Shown piece after piece: positions 49,625 through 58,663 of a stretch of DNA of 64,000 nt. The stretch's first letter is position 1. Every line of letters begins with the position of its first letter. Where the stretch lies: the UHGV virus genome UHGV-0038498. One strand, given 5' to 3'. The notes under the pieces are model-generated. The model ran no database searches and was not told the DNA's origin. It worked only from the letters and a program-made list of their open reading frames with translations. This DNA comes from a virus. The position numbers were made by a program, and so were the translations under genes.

Positions 49625-49635
49625 AGGAGAATCCA

Positions 49636-50088
49636 ATGGCATATTCTGGAAAATGGGTTCCTAAAAATATATCAAAATATAGAGGTGACCCTAAAAAAAT
49701 TACGTATAGATCAAATTGGGAAAAATTCTTTTTTGAATGGTTAGATAAAAATCCAGAAATTATTGCATGGGGTAGTGAAACAGCAGTGATTCCTTATTTT
49801 TGTAATGCAGAAGGGAAAAAACGTAGATACTTCATGGATATTTGGATGAAAGATTCTTCTGGACAAGAATTTTTTATTGAAATAAAACCTAAAAAAGAAA
49901 CACAACCACCAGTTAAACCAGCACATCTAACAACTGCAGCGAAGAAAAGATTTATGAATGAAATTTATACATATTCCGTTAATACTGACAAATGGAAAGC
50001 AGCGCAAGCTTTAGCTGAAAAGCGTGGAATAAAATTTAGAATTCTAACAGAAGATGGATTAAAAGCTCTTGGCTTTAAGGGGGCATAA
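49636..50088 (+). CDS. 4: head completion protein gp4
   Basis: 150-aa ORF; late promoter TATAAATA 49602-49609. Confidence 0.8.
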   Translation: MAYSGKWVPKNISKYRGDPKKITYRSNWEKFFFEWLDKNPEIIAWGSETAVIPYFCNAEGKKRRYFMDIWMKDSSGQEFFIEIKPKKETQPPVKPAHLTTAAKKRFMNEIYTYSVNTDKWKAAQALAEKRGIKFRILTEDGLKALGFKGA

Positions 50089-50912
50089 TGGCTATTTTTC
50101 AAATAATTAATGAAAGCACTCCCCAAGTTCCAAAGGTTAAGCAATCATTAAACGAAAAGAAATGGATTCAGATAGGTCTTGAATACAGAAAGGCCAAAGC
50201 AAAAGGAATGACAGGAAAGCAATTTGCCGAAGAAAGAGGAATCAAATACTCTACGTTTACTTCAGCAATGTCAAAATATGCTTCAGGAATTAAAACAGCT
50301 GAAAAGATTCAAAAGCTTGAATCAAAACCAATGAATAAACTCAATAAGCAAGAAAGACAACTGCTTATGATAAATTCATTCAGGCAAACATTGCGTGATA
50401 AAATTCGTAATGAAGGTGCAGCAATTAATAATAAAACCAGAAAGTGGTTTGCTGAAACTATTAAGCAAGTAAAAGGACATAAAGTTGTTCGCCCGCAGCC
50501 GGGACGAATATATGCTTTTGCTTATGATGCTAAACACAAGGAAACTCTTCCTTACTGGGATAAATTTCCTTTGATAATTTACCTCGGTTTAGGTAAACAT
50601 AATTTAATGTACGGATTGAACTTGCACTATATTCCACCTAAAGCTCGTCAGCAATTTCTAGAAGAGCTTTTAAAGCAATATTCAAATACACCTACTATTA
50701 CTAATAAAACGAAATTAAAAATTGATTGGAGTCAAGTGAAAGGATTTAGGGGTGCAGATCAAATGATTAAGGCATATATACCCGGTAATATTATGGGTAG
50801 CCTTGTTGAAATCGCCCCGAAAGACTGGGCGAACGTTGTGTTAATGCCACTTCAGCAGTTCGTTTCAAAAGGAAAACGTTTCTCTGCAAACAAAGTCTGG
50901 TCAAATATCTAA
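50088..50912 (+). CDS. 2: DNA end protector gp2
   Basis: 274-aa ORF coupled to gene 4 (ATGA overlap). Confidence 0.8.
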   Translation: MAIFQIINESTPQVPKVKQSLNEKKWIQIGLEYRKAKAKGMTGKQFAEERGIKYSTFTSAMSKYASGIKTAEKIQKLESKPMNKLNKQERQLLMINSFRQTLRDKIRNEGAAINNKTRKWFAETIKQVKGHKVVRPQPGRIYAFAYDAKHKETLPYWDKFPLIIYLGLGKHNLMYGLNLHYIPPKARQQFLEELLKQYSNTPTITNKTKLKIDWSQVKGFRGADQMIKAYIPGNIMGSLVEIAPKDWANVVLMPLQQFVSKGKRFSANKVWSNI

Positions 50913-51015
50913 TTCTATTATCTTCCATTCTTTTCTATTGTTTGTTCTAATTGGAATTGAATGGAAGGGACTTAGACCCATTATACCACCAACATTTATG
51001 AAGCATTATGAGGAA

Positions 51016-51549
51016 TATATGTCGCAAGCACTACAACAAATTTTTAACCAAGCAAATACAACTAACTTTGTAGTATCAATACCGCATAGTAATACTACAT
51101 CTGCTTTTACTTTAAATGCTCAGTCAGTTCCTATTCCGGGAATTAGAATACCTGTTACTGATACCGTGACTGGGCCGTTTGGACTAGGCAGAGCACAACG
51201 TCCAGGAGTTACGTTTGAGTACGATCCACTCATCGTGAGATTTATAGTTGATGAAGAGCTTAAGTCGTGGATAGGAATGTATGAATGGATGCTAGGAACT
51301 AGTAACTATCTTACAGGCGAAAATACTGCCCAAAAAACAGGTCCTGAATACATTACGCTTTACATTTTAGATAATAGTAAAACTGAAATCGTGATGTCAA
51401 TAAATTTTTATAAGCCTTGGGTTTCTGACCTGTCTGAAGTAGAATTTAGCTACACAGAAGATTCAGACCCAGCCTTAGTATGCACAGCAACGATTCCTTA
51501 TACGTATTTTCAAGTAGAAAAAGATGGAAAAATTATAGCAGAAGTTTAA
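51016..51549 (+). CDS. 3: tail completion / sheath stabiliser gp3
   Basis: ORF 50938-51549; start placed at internal ATG with GAGGA RBS (177 aa, near T4 gp3 size). Confidence 0.7.
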   Translation, partial: YMSQALQQIFNQANTTNFVVSIPHSNTTSAFTLNAQSVPIPGIRIPVTDTVTGPFGLGRAQRPGVTFEYDPLIVRFIVDEELKSWIGMYEWMLGTSNYLTGENTAQKTGPEYITLYILDNSKTEIVMSINFYKPWVSDLSEVEFSYTEDSDPALVCTATIPYTYFQVEKDGKIIAEV

Positions 51550-51598
51550 TGCTTCAGTTTCATGTGTTATAATCTTAACTAAATTTGAGGAGAAACAT

Positions 51599-52311
51599 AT
51601 GAAACTAATCTTTTTAAGTGGTGTAAAGCGTAGTGGAAAAGATACTACTGCAGATTTTATTATGAATAATTATTCTGCAGTTAAATATCAACTTGCTGGT
51701 CCTATTAAGGATGCATTGGCTTATGCATGGGGTGTATTTGCAGCAAACACTGACTATCCTTGTTTAACTCGTAAAGAGTTTGAAGGAATTGACTATGATC
51801 GTGAAACTAATTTAAATCTGACTAAATTAGAAGTAATTACGATTATGGAACAAGCATTTTGCTATCTTAATAGTAAAAGCCCAATTAAAGGTGTGTTTGT
51901 TTTTGATGACGCAGTTAATTTCGTAGCATTTAACAAGATTGCTGACGTTATAAATAATATTGAAGATCAATGGTCAGTCCGTCGTCTGATGCAAGCCCTA
52001 GGTACGGATTTGATTGTTAATAACTTCGACCGCATGTATTGGGTAAAATTATTTGCTTTAGATTATCTTGATAAATTTAACTCAGGTTATGATTATTATA
52101 TCGTTCCTGATACTCGTCAAGATCATGAAATGGATGCGGCTAGGGCGATGGGTGCTACAGTAATTCATGTAGTTCGTCCTGGTCAAAAATCCAATGATAC
52201 TCATATTACAGAAGCTGGATTGCCAATTCGTGATGGCGATTTAGTAATTACAAACGATGGTTCTCTTGAAGAACTTTTTTCTAAAATTAAAAATACACTA
52301 AAGGTACTATA

Positions 52312-52312
<1 letters not shown>
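51599..52312 (+). CDS. 1: deoxynucleoside monophosphate kinase gp1
   Basis: 237-aa ORF MKLIFLSGVKRSGKDTT (P-loop). Confidence 0.9.
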
Positions 52313-53009
<697 letters not shown>

Positions 53010-53060
53010 TTTCACAAAGTTGTTTACACGCTGATGAGGTAGTGATACTATTATCTCATC
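53010..53060 (+). promoter_or_regulatory. early-type promoter cassette, copy 1 (upstream of IPI-like gene)
   Basis: ATTTCACAAAGTTGTTTACA with -35-like GTTTAC (53022-53027) and -10-like TACTAT (53046-53051), 18-nt spacer. Confidence 0.55.
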
Positions 53061-53081
53061 AAAATTAATTAGGAAAATAAA

Positions 53082-53369
53082 ATGAAAACTTTCAAAGAGT
53101 TTACTTCTACAACTACCCCGGTTTCTACCATTACCGAAGCTACTCTTACTTCTGAAGTTATTAAAGCAAATAAAGGACGAGAAGGTAAACCCATGATTAG
53201 CTTGGTTGATGGCGAAGAAATCAAAGGTACTGTTTACCTAGGTGATGGGTGGTCTGCTAAAAAGGATGGTGCTACAATCATTATCTCTCCTGCTGAAGAA
53301 ACTGCGTTGTTTAAAGCTAAACACATTTCTGCGGCACATCTCAAGATTATTGCTAAAAATCTTTTGTAA
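53082..53369 (+). CDS. ipI: internal head protein, IPI-like (95 aa)
   Basis: N-terminal MKTFKEFTSTTTPVSTITE-A capsid-targeting leader with (I/L)xE cleavage site; early-type promoter upstream. Confidence 0.65.
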   Translation: MKTFKEFTSTTTPVSTITEATLTSEVIKANKGREGKPMISLVDGEEIKGTVYLGDGWSAKKDGATIIISPAEETALFKAKHISAAHLKIIAKNLL

Positions 53370-53375
53370 TAAATA

Positions 53376-53420
53376 TTTCACAAAGTTGTTTACATAGGGT
53401 TTTAGTTGTGATACTATTAC
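53376..53420 (+). promoter_or_regulatory. early-type promoter cassette, copy 2
   Basis: Same ATTTCACAAAGTTGTTTACA block; GTTTAC 53388-53393, TACTAT 53412-53417. Confidence 0.55.
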
Positions 53421-53445
53421 CCTATCAACTACCGAGGAGAATAAA

Positions 53446-53631
53446 ATGAAACGTTGTGAATTAATTCGAAATGTTGCTATTGCAATTTCTGCTTCCGCTT
53501 TTAGTTTTTCAATGTTTGTTGGATTTATATGCGGATTATTGACTACAGCAGAAAATGTTTTTTCACTTGTAGTAGCATTTTTAATTGGTTTAATTGCTAT
53601 CGTTATGGATAAAATTTCTAAAGGTGAATAG
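53446..53631 (+). CDS. small hydrophobic membrane protein (61 aa)
   Basis: Two hydrophobic stretches; GAGGAG RBS; early-type promoter cassette upstream. Confidence 0.45.
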   Translation: MKRCELIRNVAIAISASAFSFSMFVGFICGLLTTAENVFSLVVAFLIGLIAIVMDKISKGE

Positions 53632-53632
53632 A

Positions 53633-54043
53633 ATGAGTGTGAGTATTAACGAATACTATGTTTATGCTGGGGATTATGCAAATCCTTCTCATTTTGAAGG
53701 TAATTTAATACCTGATAAAGTTTTTAATACTCCTTTTGAAGCGTGGAGTTGGATTGAAAGTAAAAATGGATTTTCTTATCGTTATGTTGAAGTAACTGAT
53801 TGGAGAGGAACTAAATATCCTAAAGAGCATTATTATGTAGACCCATCTAAAGTAAATTTTCTTTTGTTCGCAGGCGATAATTACTATCCTTGTGGTGGAT
53901 ATGATGATTTGATTGCGTATGCTGAAACAGAAGATGAATTACGCCAAATTATTGAAGACAATAAATCAAAACGATTTGGCGATAGTTTCGATTGGTGGCA
54001 AATCGTAAATGCCCATACACATACTATTGTTGATAAAGGTTAA
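53633..54043 (+). CDS. hypothetical protein (137 aa)
   Basis: ORF 53594-54043; start moved to ATG with AAGGTG RBS. Confidence 0.5.
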   Translation: MSVSINEYYVYAGDYANPSHFEGNLIPDKVFNTPFEAWSWIESKNGFSYRYVEVTDWRGTKYPKEHYYVDPSKVNFLLFAGDNYYPCGGYDDLIAYAETEDELRQIIEDNKSKRFGDSFDWWQIVNAHTHTIVDKG

Positions 54044-54045
54044 TA

Positions 54046-54333
54046 ATGATTCTTTATGCGAAAGTATCATCCATTGAAAATGGATATAAATATGATCAAG
54101 AAGCAGCTAAAGCCTTGATTGATGATTATGGCATTTTAACATGTTTTGAAGTTGAAAAGGTTTACATTGACCGTTCATCTTCTCAAGTTAAATTAGTAAA
54201 GGAAGACCGTAAATTTAATACAGTAAATTTTGATTTCTTTATTGAAACAGAAAAAGGTCCTCTTGAATATGATATTTTCAAGAATCCTTTGGGTCTTGAA
54301 TGCATCGTAAATATGTATTATCATAAATGGTAA
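54046..54333 (+). CDS. hypothetical protein (95 aa)
   Basis: ORF 3 nt after upstream stop. Confidence 0.5.
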   Translation: MILYAKVSSIENGYKYDQEAAKALIDDYGILTCFEVEKVYIDRSSSQVKLVKEDRKFNTVNFDFFIETEKGPLEYDIFKNPLGLECIVNMYYHKW

Positions 54334-54403
54334 ATATGCTTTAAGAATTATTTGTTATTATTAACTCATACCGCACTGATTAATACCCTCTATCATCAAG
54401 GGT

Positions 54404-54430
54404 TCTTGCTTAAGAGCCTTTGTTAATAAT
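54404..54430 (+). promoter_or_regulatory. possible middle promoter upstream of HNH endonuclease gene
   Basis: MotA-box-like TGCTTAA then TAATAAT about 12 nt downstream. Confidence 0.3.
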
Positions 54431-54443
54431 TGGGAATTATATT

Positions 54444-55052
54444 ATGGATACTAAATTAGCTGAAATTTTTGAAGGAAAACATCCAAATTTTAGTACAGGA
54501 AAGCTGAAAGACAAAATAATAAAAGAAAATATTTTTCCATACGAGTGTGCAATTTGTAAAATTTCAAAATGGCAAAATAAGCATATTGTTCTGCAATTAG
54601 ACCATATTGATGGAAATAACAAAAATCATCTTAAATCAAATTTAAGATTATTATGTCCAAATTGCCATTCGCAAACTGATACTTTTGCTGGTAAAAATAT
54701 TAAAAATAATAAAAAGCGTTATAATGTTAGTGATGAAGAAATTTTAAACGCACTATTAAATTCGGCTACTATATCATCTGCAATTACTTCATTAGGTTTA
54801 AGTAAAGGCGGAAACTATAAAAGATTCATTAAAATTGCTAATGATAATAAATTATATCATTTACTGGTAAATATTAATGAAAAGATTTTAACTGATGAAA
54901 TTTATGAAGAATTAGTTAAAATCGATTATTCTAAATTTGGATGGGTTAGTAAAGCTGCTAAAATAATAGGTATAAGCCCACAAAAAGCTAGAAAATGGAT
55001 AGAACGAAAGTGTCCAGAATTGATAGAACAATCTTTTTCACGTAATAAATAA
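54444..55052 (+). CDS. HNH homing endonuclease, free-standing
   Basis: CAIC...HIVLQLDHIDGNNKNHLKSNLRLLCPNCH (HNH/zinc-finger nuclease motif); ORF-track start 54420 is TTG, first ATG is 54444; abuts the tRNA array. Confidence 0.75.
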   Translation: MDTKLAEIFEGKHPNFSTGKLKDKIIKENIFPYECAICKISKWQNKHIVLQLDHIDGNNKNHLKSNLRLLCPNCHSQTDTFAGKNIKNNKKRYNVSDEEILNALLNSATISSAITSLGLSKGGNYKRFIKIANDNKLYHLLVNINEKILTDEIYEELVKIDYSKFGWVSKAAKIIGISPQKARKWIERKCPELIEQSFSRNK

Positions 55053-55058
55053 TATAGC

Positions 55059-55145
55059 GCGAGAATGGTCAAATTGGTAAAGGCACAGCACTTAAAATGC
55101 TGCGGAATGATTTCCTTGTGGGTTCGAGTCCCACTTCTCGCACCA
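55059..55145 (+). tRNA. tRNA-Leu (anticodon UAA), class II long variable arm, CCA encoded
   Basis: Manual fold: acceptor GCGAGAA/TTCTCGC, anticodon loop CTTAAAA, T-arm GGTTCGAGTCC. Confidence 0.8.
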
Positions 55146-55150
55146 AATTT

Positions 55151-55224
<74 letters not shown>

Positions 55225-55234
55225 ATTTAATTTA

Positions 55235-55308
55235 CTCCGTGTAGCTCAGTTTGGTAGAGCGCCTGATTTGGGATCAGGAGGTCCAAGGTTCAAATCCTTG
55301 TATGGAGA
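55235..55308 (+). tRNA. tRNA-Pro (anticodon UGG), no encoded CCA
   Basis: Acceptor CTCCGTG/TATGGAG with G-U pairs, anticodon stem CCTGA/TCAGG with loop TTTGGGA, T-arm GGTTCAAATCC. Confidence 0.75.
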
Positions 55309-55310
55309 CT

Positions 55311-55400
55311 GGAGGCGTGGCAGAGTGGTTTAATGCACCGGTCTTGAAAACCGGCAGTCGCTCCGGCGACTCATAGGTTCAAATCCTATCGCCTCCGCCA
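55311..55400 (+). tRNA. tRNA-Ser (anticodon UGA), class II
   Basis: Acceptor GGAGGCG/CGCCTCC, anticodon loop CTTGAAA, long variable arm, CCA encoded. Confidence 0.8.
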
Positions 55401-55405
55401 GTTTT

Positions 55406-55481
55406 GCTGATTTAGCTCAGTAGGTGGAGCAACTCACTTGTAATGAGAAGGTCGGCGGTTCGATTCCGTCAATCAGCACCA
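55406..55481 (+). tRNA. tRNA-Thr (anticodon UGU)
   Basis: Acceptor GCTGATT/AATCAGC, anticodon loop CTTGTAA, T-arm GGTTCGATTCC. Confidence 0.8.
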
Positions 55482-55482
55482 A

Positions 55483-55557
55483 GGCCCTGTAGCTGGAAGG
55501 TTCAAGCAAGCGACTCATAATCGCCAGATGGTGGTTCAATTCCACCCAGGGCCACCA
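55483..55557 (+). tRNA. tRNA with CAU anticodon (Ile2-type by analogy with T4, or Met)
   Basis: Acceptor GGCCCTG/CAGGGCC, anticodon loop CTCATAA. Confidence 0.7.
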
Positions 55558-55570
55558 AATTAAGAATTAA

Positions 55571-55657
55571 GGGGAGTTATCCCGTAGAGGTAGCGGTGTG
55601 GACTGTAAATCCATTGTCATTGCGACTCGGGTGGTTCGACTCCATCACTCCCCACCA
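55571..55657 (+). tRNA. tRNA-Tyr (anticodon GUA), class II
   Basis: Acceptor GGGGAGT/ACTCCCC, anticodon loop CTGTAAA (as in bacterial tRNA-Tyr), long variable arm, T-arm GGTTCGACTCC; D-arm irregular. Confidence 0.65.
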
Positions 55658-55661
55658 ATTT

Positions 55662-55736
55662 GGATGTGTAGCTCAATGGCAGAGCGATCGCCTGTTAAGC
55701 GATTGGTTATAGGTTCGAATCCTATCACGTCCGCCA
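55662..55736 (+). tRNA. tRNA-Asn (anticodon GUU)
   Basis: Acceptor GGATGTG/CACGTCC, anticodon stem ATCGC/GCGAT with loop CTGTTAA. Confidence 0.75.
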
Positions 55737-55850
55737 AATTTGTGACAACTGTCACATTAATATCTACTTGACGCGATTATAGGGGTTGAACTGATCACTC
55801 TTCTCTTAATTTCGTGTGAAGACATCTTGATTGTTGGAGTAGGTATTAAT

Positions 55851-55926
55851 GTGGCCGTAGTTCAGTTGGTAGAACTCGAGATTGTGATTCTCGTAGTCAT
55901 GGGTTCGACTCCCATCGGTCACCCCA
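55851..55926 (+). tRNA. tRNA-His (anticodon GUG)
   Basis: Acceptor GTGGCCG/CGGTCAC, anticodon stem CGAGA/TCTCG with loop TTGTGAT, discriminator C. Confidence 0.7.
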
Positions 55927-55930
55927 ATTA

Positions 55931-56006
55931 CGGGGCATAGCTCAGAAGGAAGAGCAAGGACCTTCTAAGTCCTAGGTCGTAGGTTCGATCCCTACTGCCT
56001 CGACCA
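55931..56006 (+). tRNA. tRNA-Arg (anticodon UCU)
   Basis: Acceptor CGGGGCA/TGCCTCG, anticodon stem AGGAC/GTCCT with loop CTTCTAA, T-arm GGTTCGATCC. Confidence 0.8.
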
Positions 56007-56022
56007 ATTAAGTGAGGAAAAT

Positions 56023-56373
56023 ATGAAAGGTAATGTTTATTTAGTAGTTCATGATTTGACATTCTATTTTAATCACAATGACACTGTTATTTCTGAACGT
56101 GTAATTAATTTGCTTTATCAACACGCGGATTATGTTTATGTCGAAAACGAATATGGCCATTGGCAATTTCTCAAAAATCGTTCATTTGGCTTAGATGGTT
56201 ACGAATACTTTGAACGTAAAGACCTTTTAGATAAAATTCCGTTATCTACACAATATCAAAATCATAAGTCTTTATATAAATGCCGTCCAATTCGAAATGC
56301 TGAATCTGCGTATGAAGTAATTGATTTATGGCGTAAACGCCGTGAACAGATTGATGCTTTAAAAGAATATTAA
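56023..56373 (+). CDS. hypothetical protein (116 aa)
   Basis: ORF with GAGGAAAA RBS immediately after tRNA-Arg. Confidence 0.5.
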   Translation: MKGNVYLVVHDLTFYFNHNDTVISERVINLLYQHADYVYVENEYGHWQFLKNRSFGLDGYEYFERKDLLDKIPLSTQYQNHKSLYKCRPIRNAESAYEVIDLWRKRREQIDALKEY

Positions 56374-56711
56374 GAAACCGGGTCGCTACCGGTAAGTCGT
56401 CGGACTGATGTTCCCTGAGTAAGGAATTGTGTTAATAAATCTTTATGATTTGTTGATGCCCTCTTACATTACAGCAGAAACGGCGCACAGAATTATCGAT
56501 TCGAGGAAATATCTTTGCCGTAAGCCGAGTAGCGTTTTTGACGGAACGTTCGGATATGGTCGAGATATGGCCTTTTAAAAATATTGAGTAGCGTCAACTG
56601 CTTAATAACCGGGTTCGAATCCCGGCGTTTCGTACAAACACTTGCCTTAGCAGGTGGAACCCGACAAGGTTGCCGCAAGGCTTAGCCCCGACCGAAAGGT
56701 TGGGGCTTTTT
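56374..56711 (+). ncRNA. candidate structured non-coding RNA segment with tRNA-like T-arm, ending at an intrinsic terminator
   Basis: 340 nt with no plausible ORF on the plus strand; several stable hairpins; CCGGGTTCGAATCCCGG T-arm followed by acceptor-like CGTTTCG pairing with upstream CGGAACG; terminator hairpin 56685-56706 plus U-run. Confidence 0.3.
56685..56711 (+). terminator. intrinsic terminator closing the non-coding segment
   Basis: GCCCCGACC-GAAA-GGTTGGGGC + TTTTT. Confidence 0.65.
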
Positions 56712-56713
56712 AG

Positions 56714-56721
56714 TATAAATA
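56714..56721 (+). promoter_or_regulatory. late promoter upstream of the 157-aa internal-protein-like gene
   Basis: TATAAATA directly after terminator, 41 nt upstream of ATG. Confidence 0.55.
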
Positions 56722-56761
56722 TAGTAGTATATTAAATCCACGAATTAAAACAGGAAATAAG

Positions 56762-57235
56762 ATGAAATCATATGCTCAATTTTTAAATGAAGCGGTGTTA
56801 AATGAAGCATCTAGCACCGAAATTCAAGCTGTCGCAAAAGCAGCCATTGCAGCGGGTAAATATTCCTATAAAGATGCTTCTGACGAATCACGATTCCAAT
56901 TTGCTCGCGACATGAAAGCAGAAGGATTTACGGGAAATGCAGTTAGTATGGCATGGAAAAGTTTAGTTGCTACTGGCGCTGCTTTTGCAAAGGCTTCGGG
57001 TAAACCTGCTCCTAAAGCAGATCCTAAAGCTGCACAAGAAAAAAATATCGTTAAAGGAATTATCGCTAAATATGAAGCTATCCTTAAAGAGCTTTTAGTA
57101 ATCAAAACCGAAGGCCAAAAGTTAGCCCGTGCTTATAGTTTCAAAGATAATCCACATGTTCACTCTCTTGAGTATGTTGAAGACATCCAAAAAATTATTA
57201 AAGACCGCATTTGGTCTGCTAAACAAATCAAATAA
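56762..57235 (+). CDS. internal-protein-like packaged protein (157 aa), Ala/Lys-rich
   Basis: N-terminus MKSYAQFLNE-A / VLNE-A resembles T4 internal-protein leader and prohead-protease (L/I)xE sites; late promoter 56714-56721; flanked by terminators. Confidence 0.6.
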   Translation: MKSYAQFLNEAVLNEASSTEIQAVAKAAIAAGKYSYKDASDESRFQFARDMKAEGFTGNAVSMAWKSLVATGAAFAKASGKPAPKADPKAAQEKNIVKGIIAKYEAILKELLVIKTEGQKLARAYSFKDNPHVHSLEYVEDIQKIIKDRIWSAKQIK

Positions 57236-57244
57236 CATTCTTAA

Positions 57245-57270
57245 CCCCAGCCGAAAGGTTGGGGATTTTT
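57245..57270 (+). terminator. intrinsic terminator after the 157-aa internal-protein-like gene
   Basis: CCCCAGCC-GAAA-GGTTGGGG + ATTTTT; near-identical stem to the 56685 terminator. Confidence 0.65.
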
Positions 57271-57390
57271 GGTATCTAGGCCTTTCTGGGCCTCTCTAGG
57301 CATCATTTAGTTTCTACCCTTTATAATATATTATCCTATCCTTTAATTGCCCCTCCCTTCCCTAGAATTCCCTAAAACTTTTTAAAAAAT

Positions 57391-57436
57391 TTTTCACAAA
57401 ACTGTTTACATCCCTGTTCTTCCATGGTACTATACA
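57391..57436 (+). promoter_or_regulatory. early-type promoter cassette, copy 3
   Basis: TTTTCACAAAACTGTTTACA; GTTTAC 57404-57409, TACTAT 57428-57433. Confidence 0.55.
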
Positions 57437-57476
57437 ACTATCAACTACTGATACAGAAAACAACTTGGAGAATAAA

Positions 57477-57740
57477 ATGGATAATTACGGCGAACTGTTC
57501 AACTTCTTTATGAAATGCGTTTCAGAAGATTTCGGTCGTACAGTGAATGATATTAAAGTTATCGGTCCTGATCATCCGATGTTTGAAACTTACGCAGTAA
57601 TGGGTAATGAAGATGGTCAGTGGTATACTGTAAAGGTTGTGATTAACATGTTCACAGCAGAAGGTTATGTTAAACTGTCTTCTAAAGTTTACCATGATAA
57701 CGACGAAATCGCAGAAGAATATTTCAATAATATGAAATAA
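57477..57740 (+). CDS. hypothetical protein (87 aa)
   Basis: ORF-track start 57465 is TTG; first ATG 57477 has GGAG RBS; early-type promoter cassette upstream. Confidence 0.5.
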   Translation: MDNYGELFNFFMKCVSEDFGRTVNDIKVIGPDHPMFETYAVMGNEDGQWYTVKVVINMFTAEGYVKLSSKVYHDNDEIAEEYFNNMK

Positions 57741-57808
57741 ATGTGTACAAACACCAAGGATGGTGTTATTATAGACTTATCAAAACAAATACAGAAACGG
57801 AGAAATAA

Positions 57809-57985
57809 ATGACTACTTTAATTATTTGGTTCGACGAGAATGAAGAAACATACTGCGTGAATATTGGTGAAAGCCCAATGCCAGAGTTTGAATCTTCAGA
57901 TAAAAATTCGGTTGTATCCTGGGCTGAAGGTTATAAAGCAGCAAAAGGCGATGTCGAAATAGTTTATAAACTCTTTGGAGTATAA
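57809..57985 (+). CDS. hypothetical small protein (58 aa)
   Basis: Manually translated MTTLIIWFDENEETYCVNIG...; GGAG RBS; below ORF-track cut-off. Confidence 0.4.
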   Translation: MTTLIIWFDENEETYCVNIGESPMPEFESSDKNSVVSWAEGYKAAKGDVEIVYKLFGV

Positions 57986-58028
57986 TACTCCCACGGATTT
58001 TAAATTTTAATCAACCTAAGGAAATACT

Positions 58029-58622
58029 ATGAACACACTGAAGAAAATTGTTGAGTTTATTCGCACTAAACTTGGTTCTGCTATGGCTAAAAATCTATCT
58101 GTTGAAGAACAGTATACTGCTGCAGCAGCAAAACTACTTGATAAAATTAAAGATCTAAAAACTGCTTCTGTTAAATCTATTAATGAAGAAAAACGTATTC
58201 GTGAACTTATTGTCGAAAAGAATCGACAAGCCGAATCAAAAGAGCGTGAAATTCGTAAACTTCTTTCTGAAGGTCAAGATGTAACAATGCATGCTAAACT
58301 CGGTTTACTATATCGTCGAACAGCTGAGCAGTTGACTACTAAAGCTGACGGTTATGCTGAAATGCGAATTGAAATCGCCAAGAAAGTAGTTGAATTAGAT
58401 GATGCTCGCCAAGAACTTGCAGTTAAATTGGAATATATCCGTGAAACTCGTGCGGCAAATGCCCTTGGAATTAGTACTGCAGATGATGTAGTTGAAATTG
58501 CAGCGCTGACTAAGGTTGATATTGAAGATACCCTTGCTCGAGTTGAAACCTTTAACGGTAATATTTCCGGGGTTGAAACTACCTCTGCCGATGTTCAGGA
58601 ATACATTAATTCTCTGAAATAA
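58029..58622 (+). CDS. coiled-coil protein, possibly PspA/IM30-like (197 aa)
   Basis: Uniformly helical, charged heptad pattern; N-terminal amphipathic segment and ...[12 protein letters not shown]... region reminiscent of PspA; no search run. Confidence 0.45.
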   Translation: MNTLKKIVEFIRTKLGSAMAKNLSVEEQYTAAAAKLLDKIKDLKTASVKSINEEKRIRELIVEKNRQAESKEREIRKLLSEGQDVTMHAKLGLLYRRTAEQLTTKADGYAEMRIEIAKKVVELDDARQELAVKLEYIRETRAANALGISTADDVVEIAALTKVDIEDTLARVETFNGNISGVETTSADVQEYINSLK

Positions 58623-58628
58623 TGATAA

Positions 58629-58646
58629 GGGGCTTCGGCCCCTATT
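58629..58646 (+). terminator. hairpin after the PspA-like gene
   Basis: GGGGC-TTCG-GCCCC, weak U-run. Confidence 0.4.
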
Positions 58647-58663
58647 ACTTGGAGTAAATAGGA

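Noticed and set aside
50938-51015. Longer 203-aa start for gene 3
   Set aside because: First ATG has no ribosome-binding site; internal ATG at 51016 has GAGGA spacing and gives a size close to T4 gp3.
54420-54443. ORF-track starts at 54420 (HNH) and 57465 (87-aa ORF)
   Set aside because: Both correspond to TTG codons; nearest downstream ATG codons with Shine-Dalgarno sequences are preferred.
56493-56678. 61-aa Arg-rich minus-strand ORF in the non-coding segment
   Set aside because: Antisense to a region with tRNA-like structure and a plus-strand terminator; composition atypical and no RBS.
56374-56711. Group I intron
   Set aside because: A GATATGG stretch loosely resembles an intron core element, but there is no interrupted reading frame or tRNA on either side; the upstream gene has a clean stop and the downstream gene its own promoter and start.
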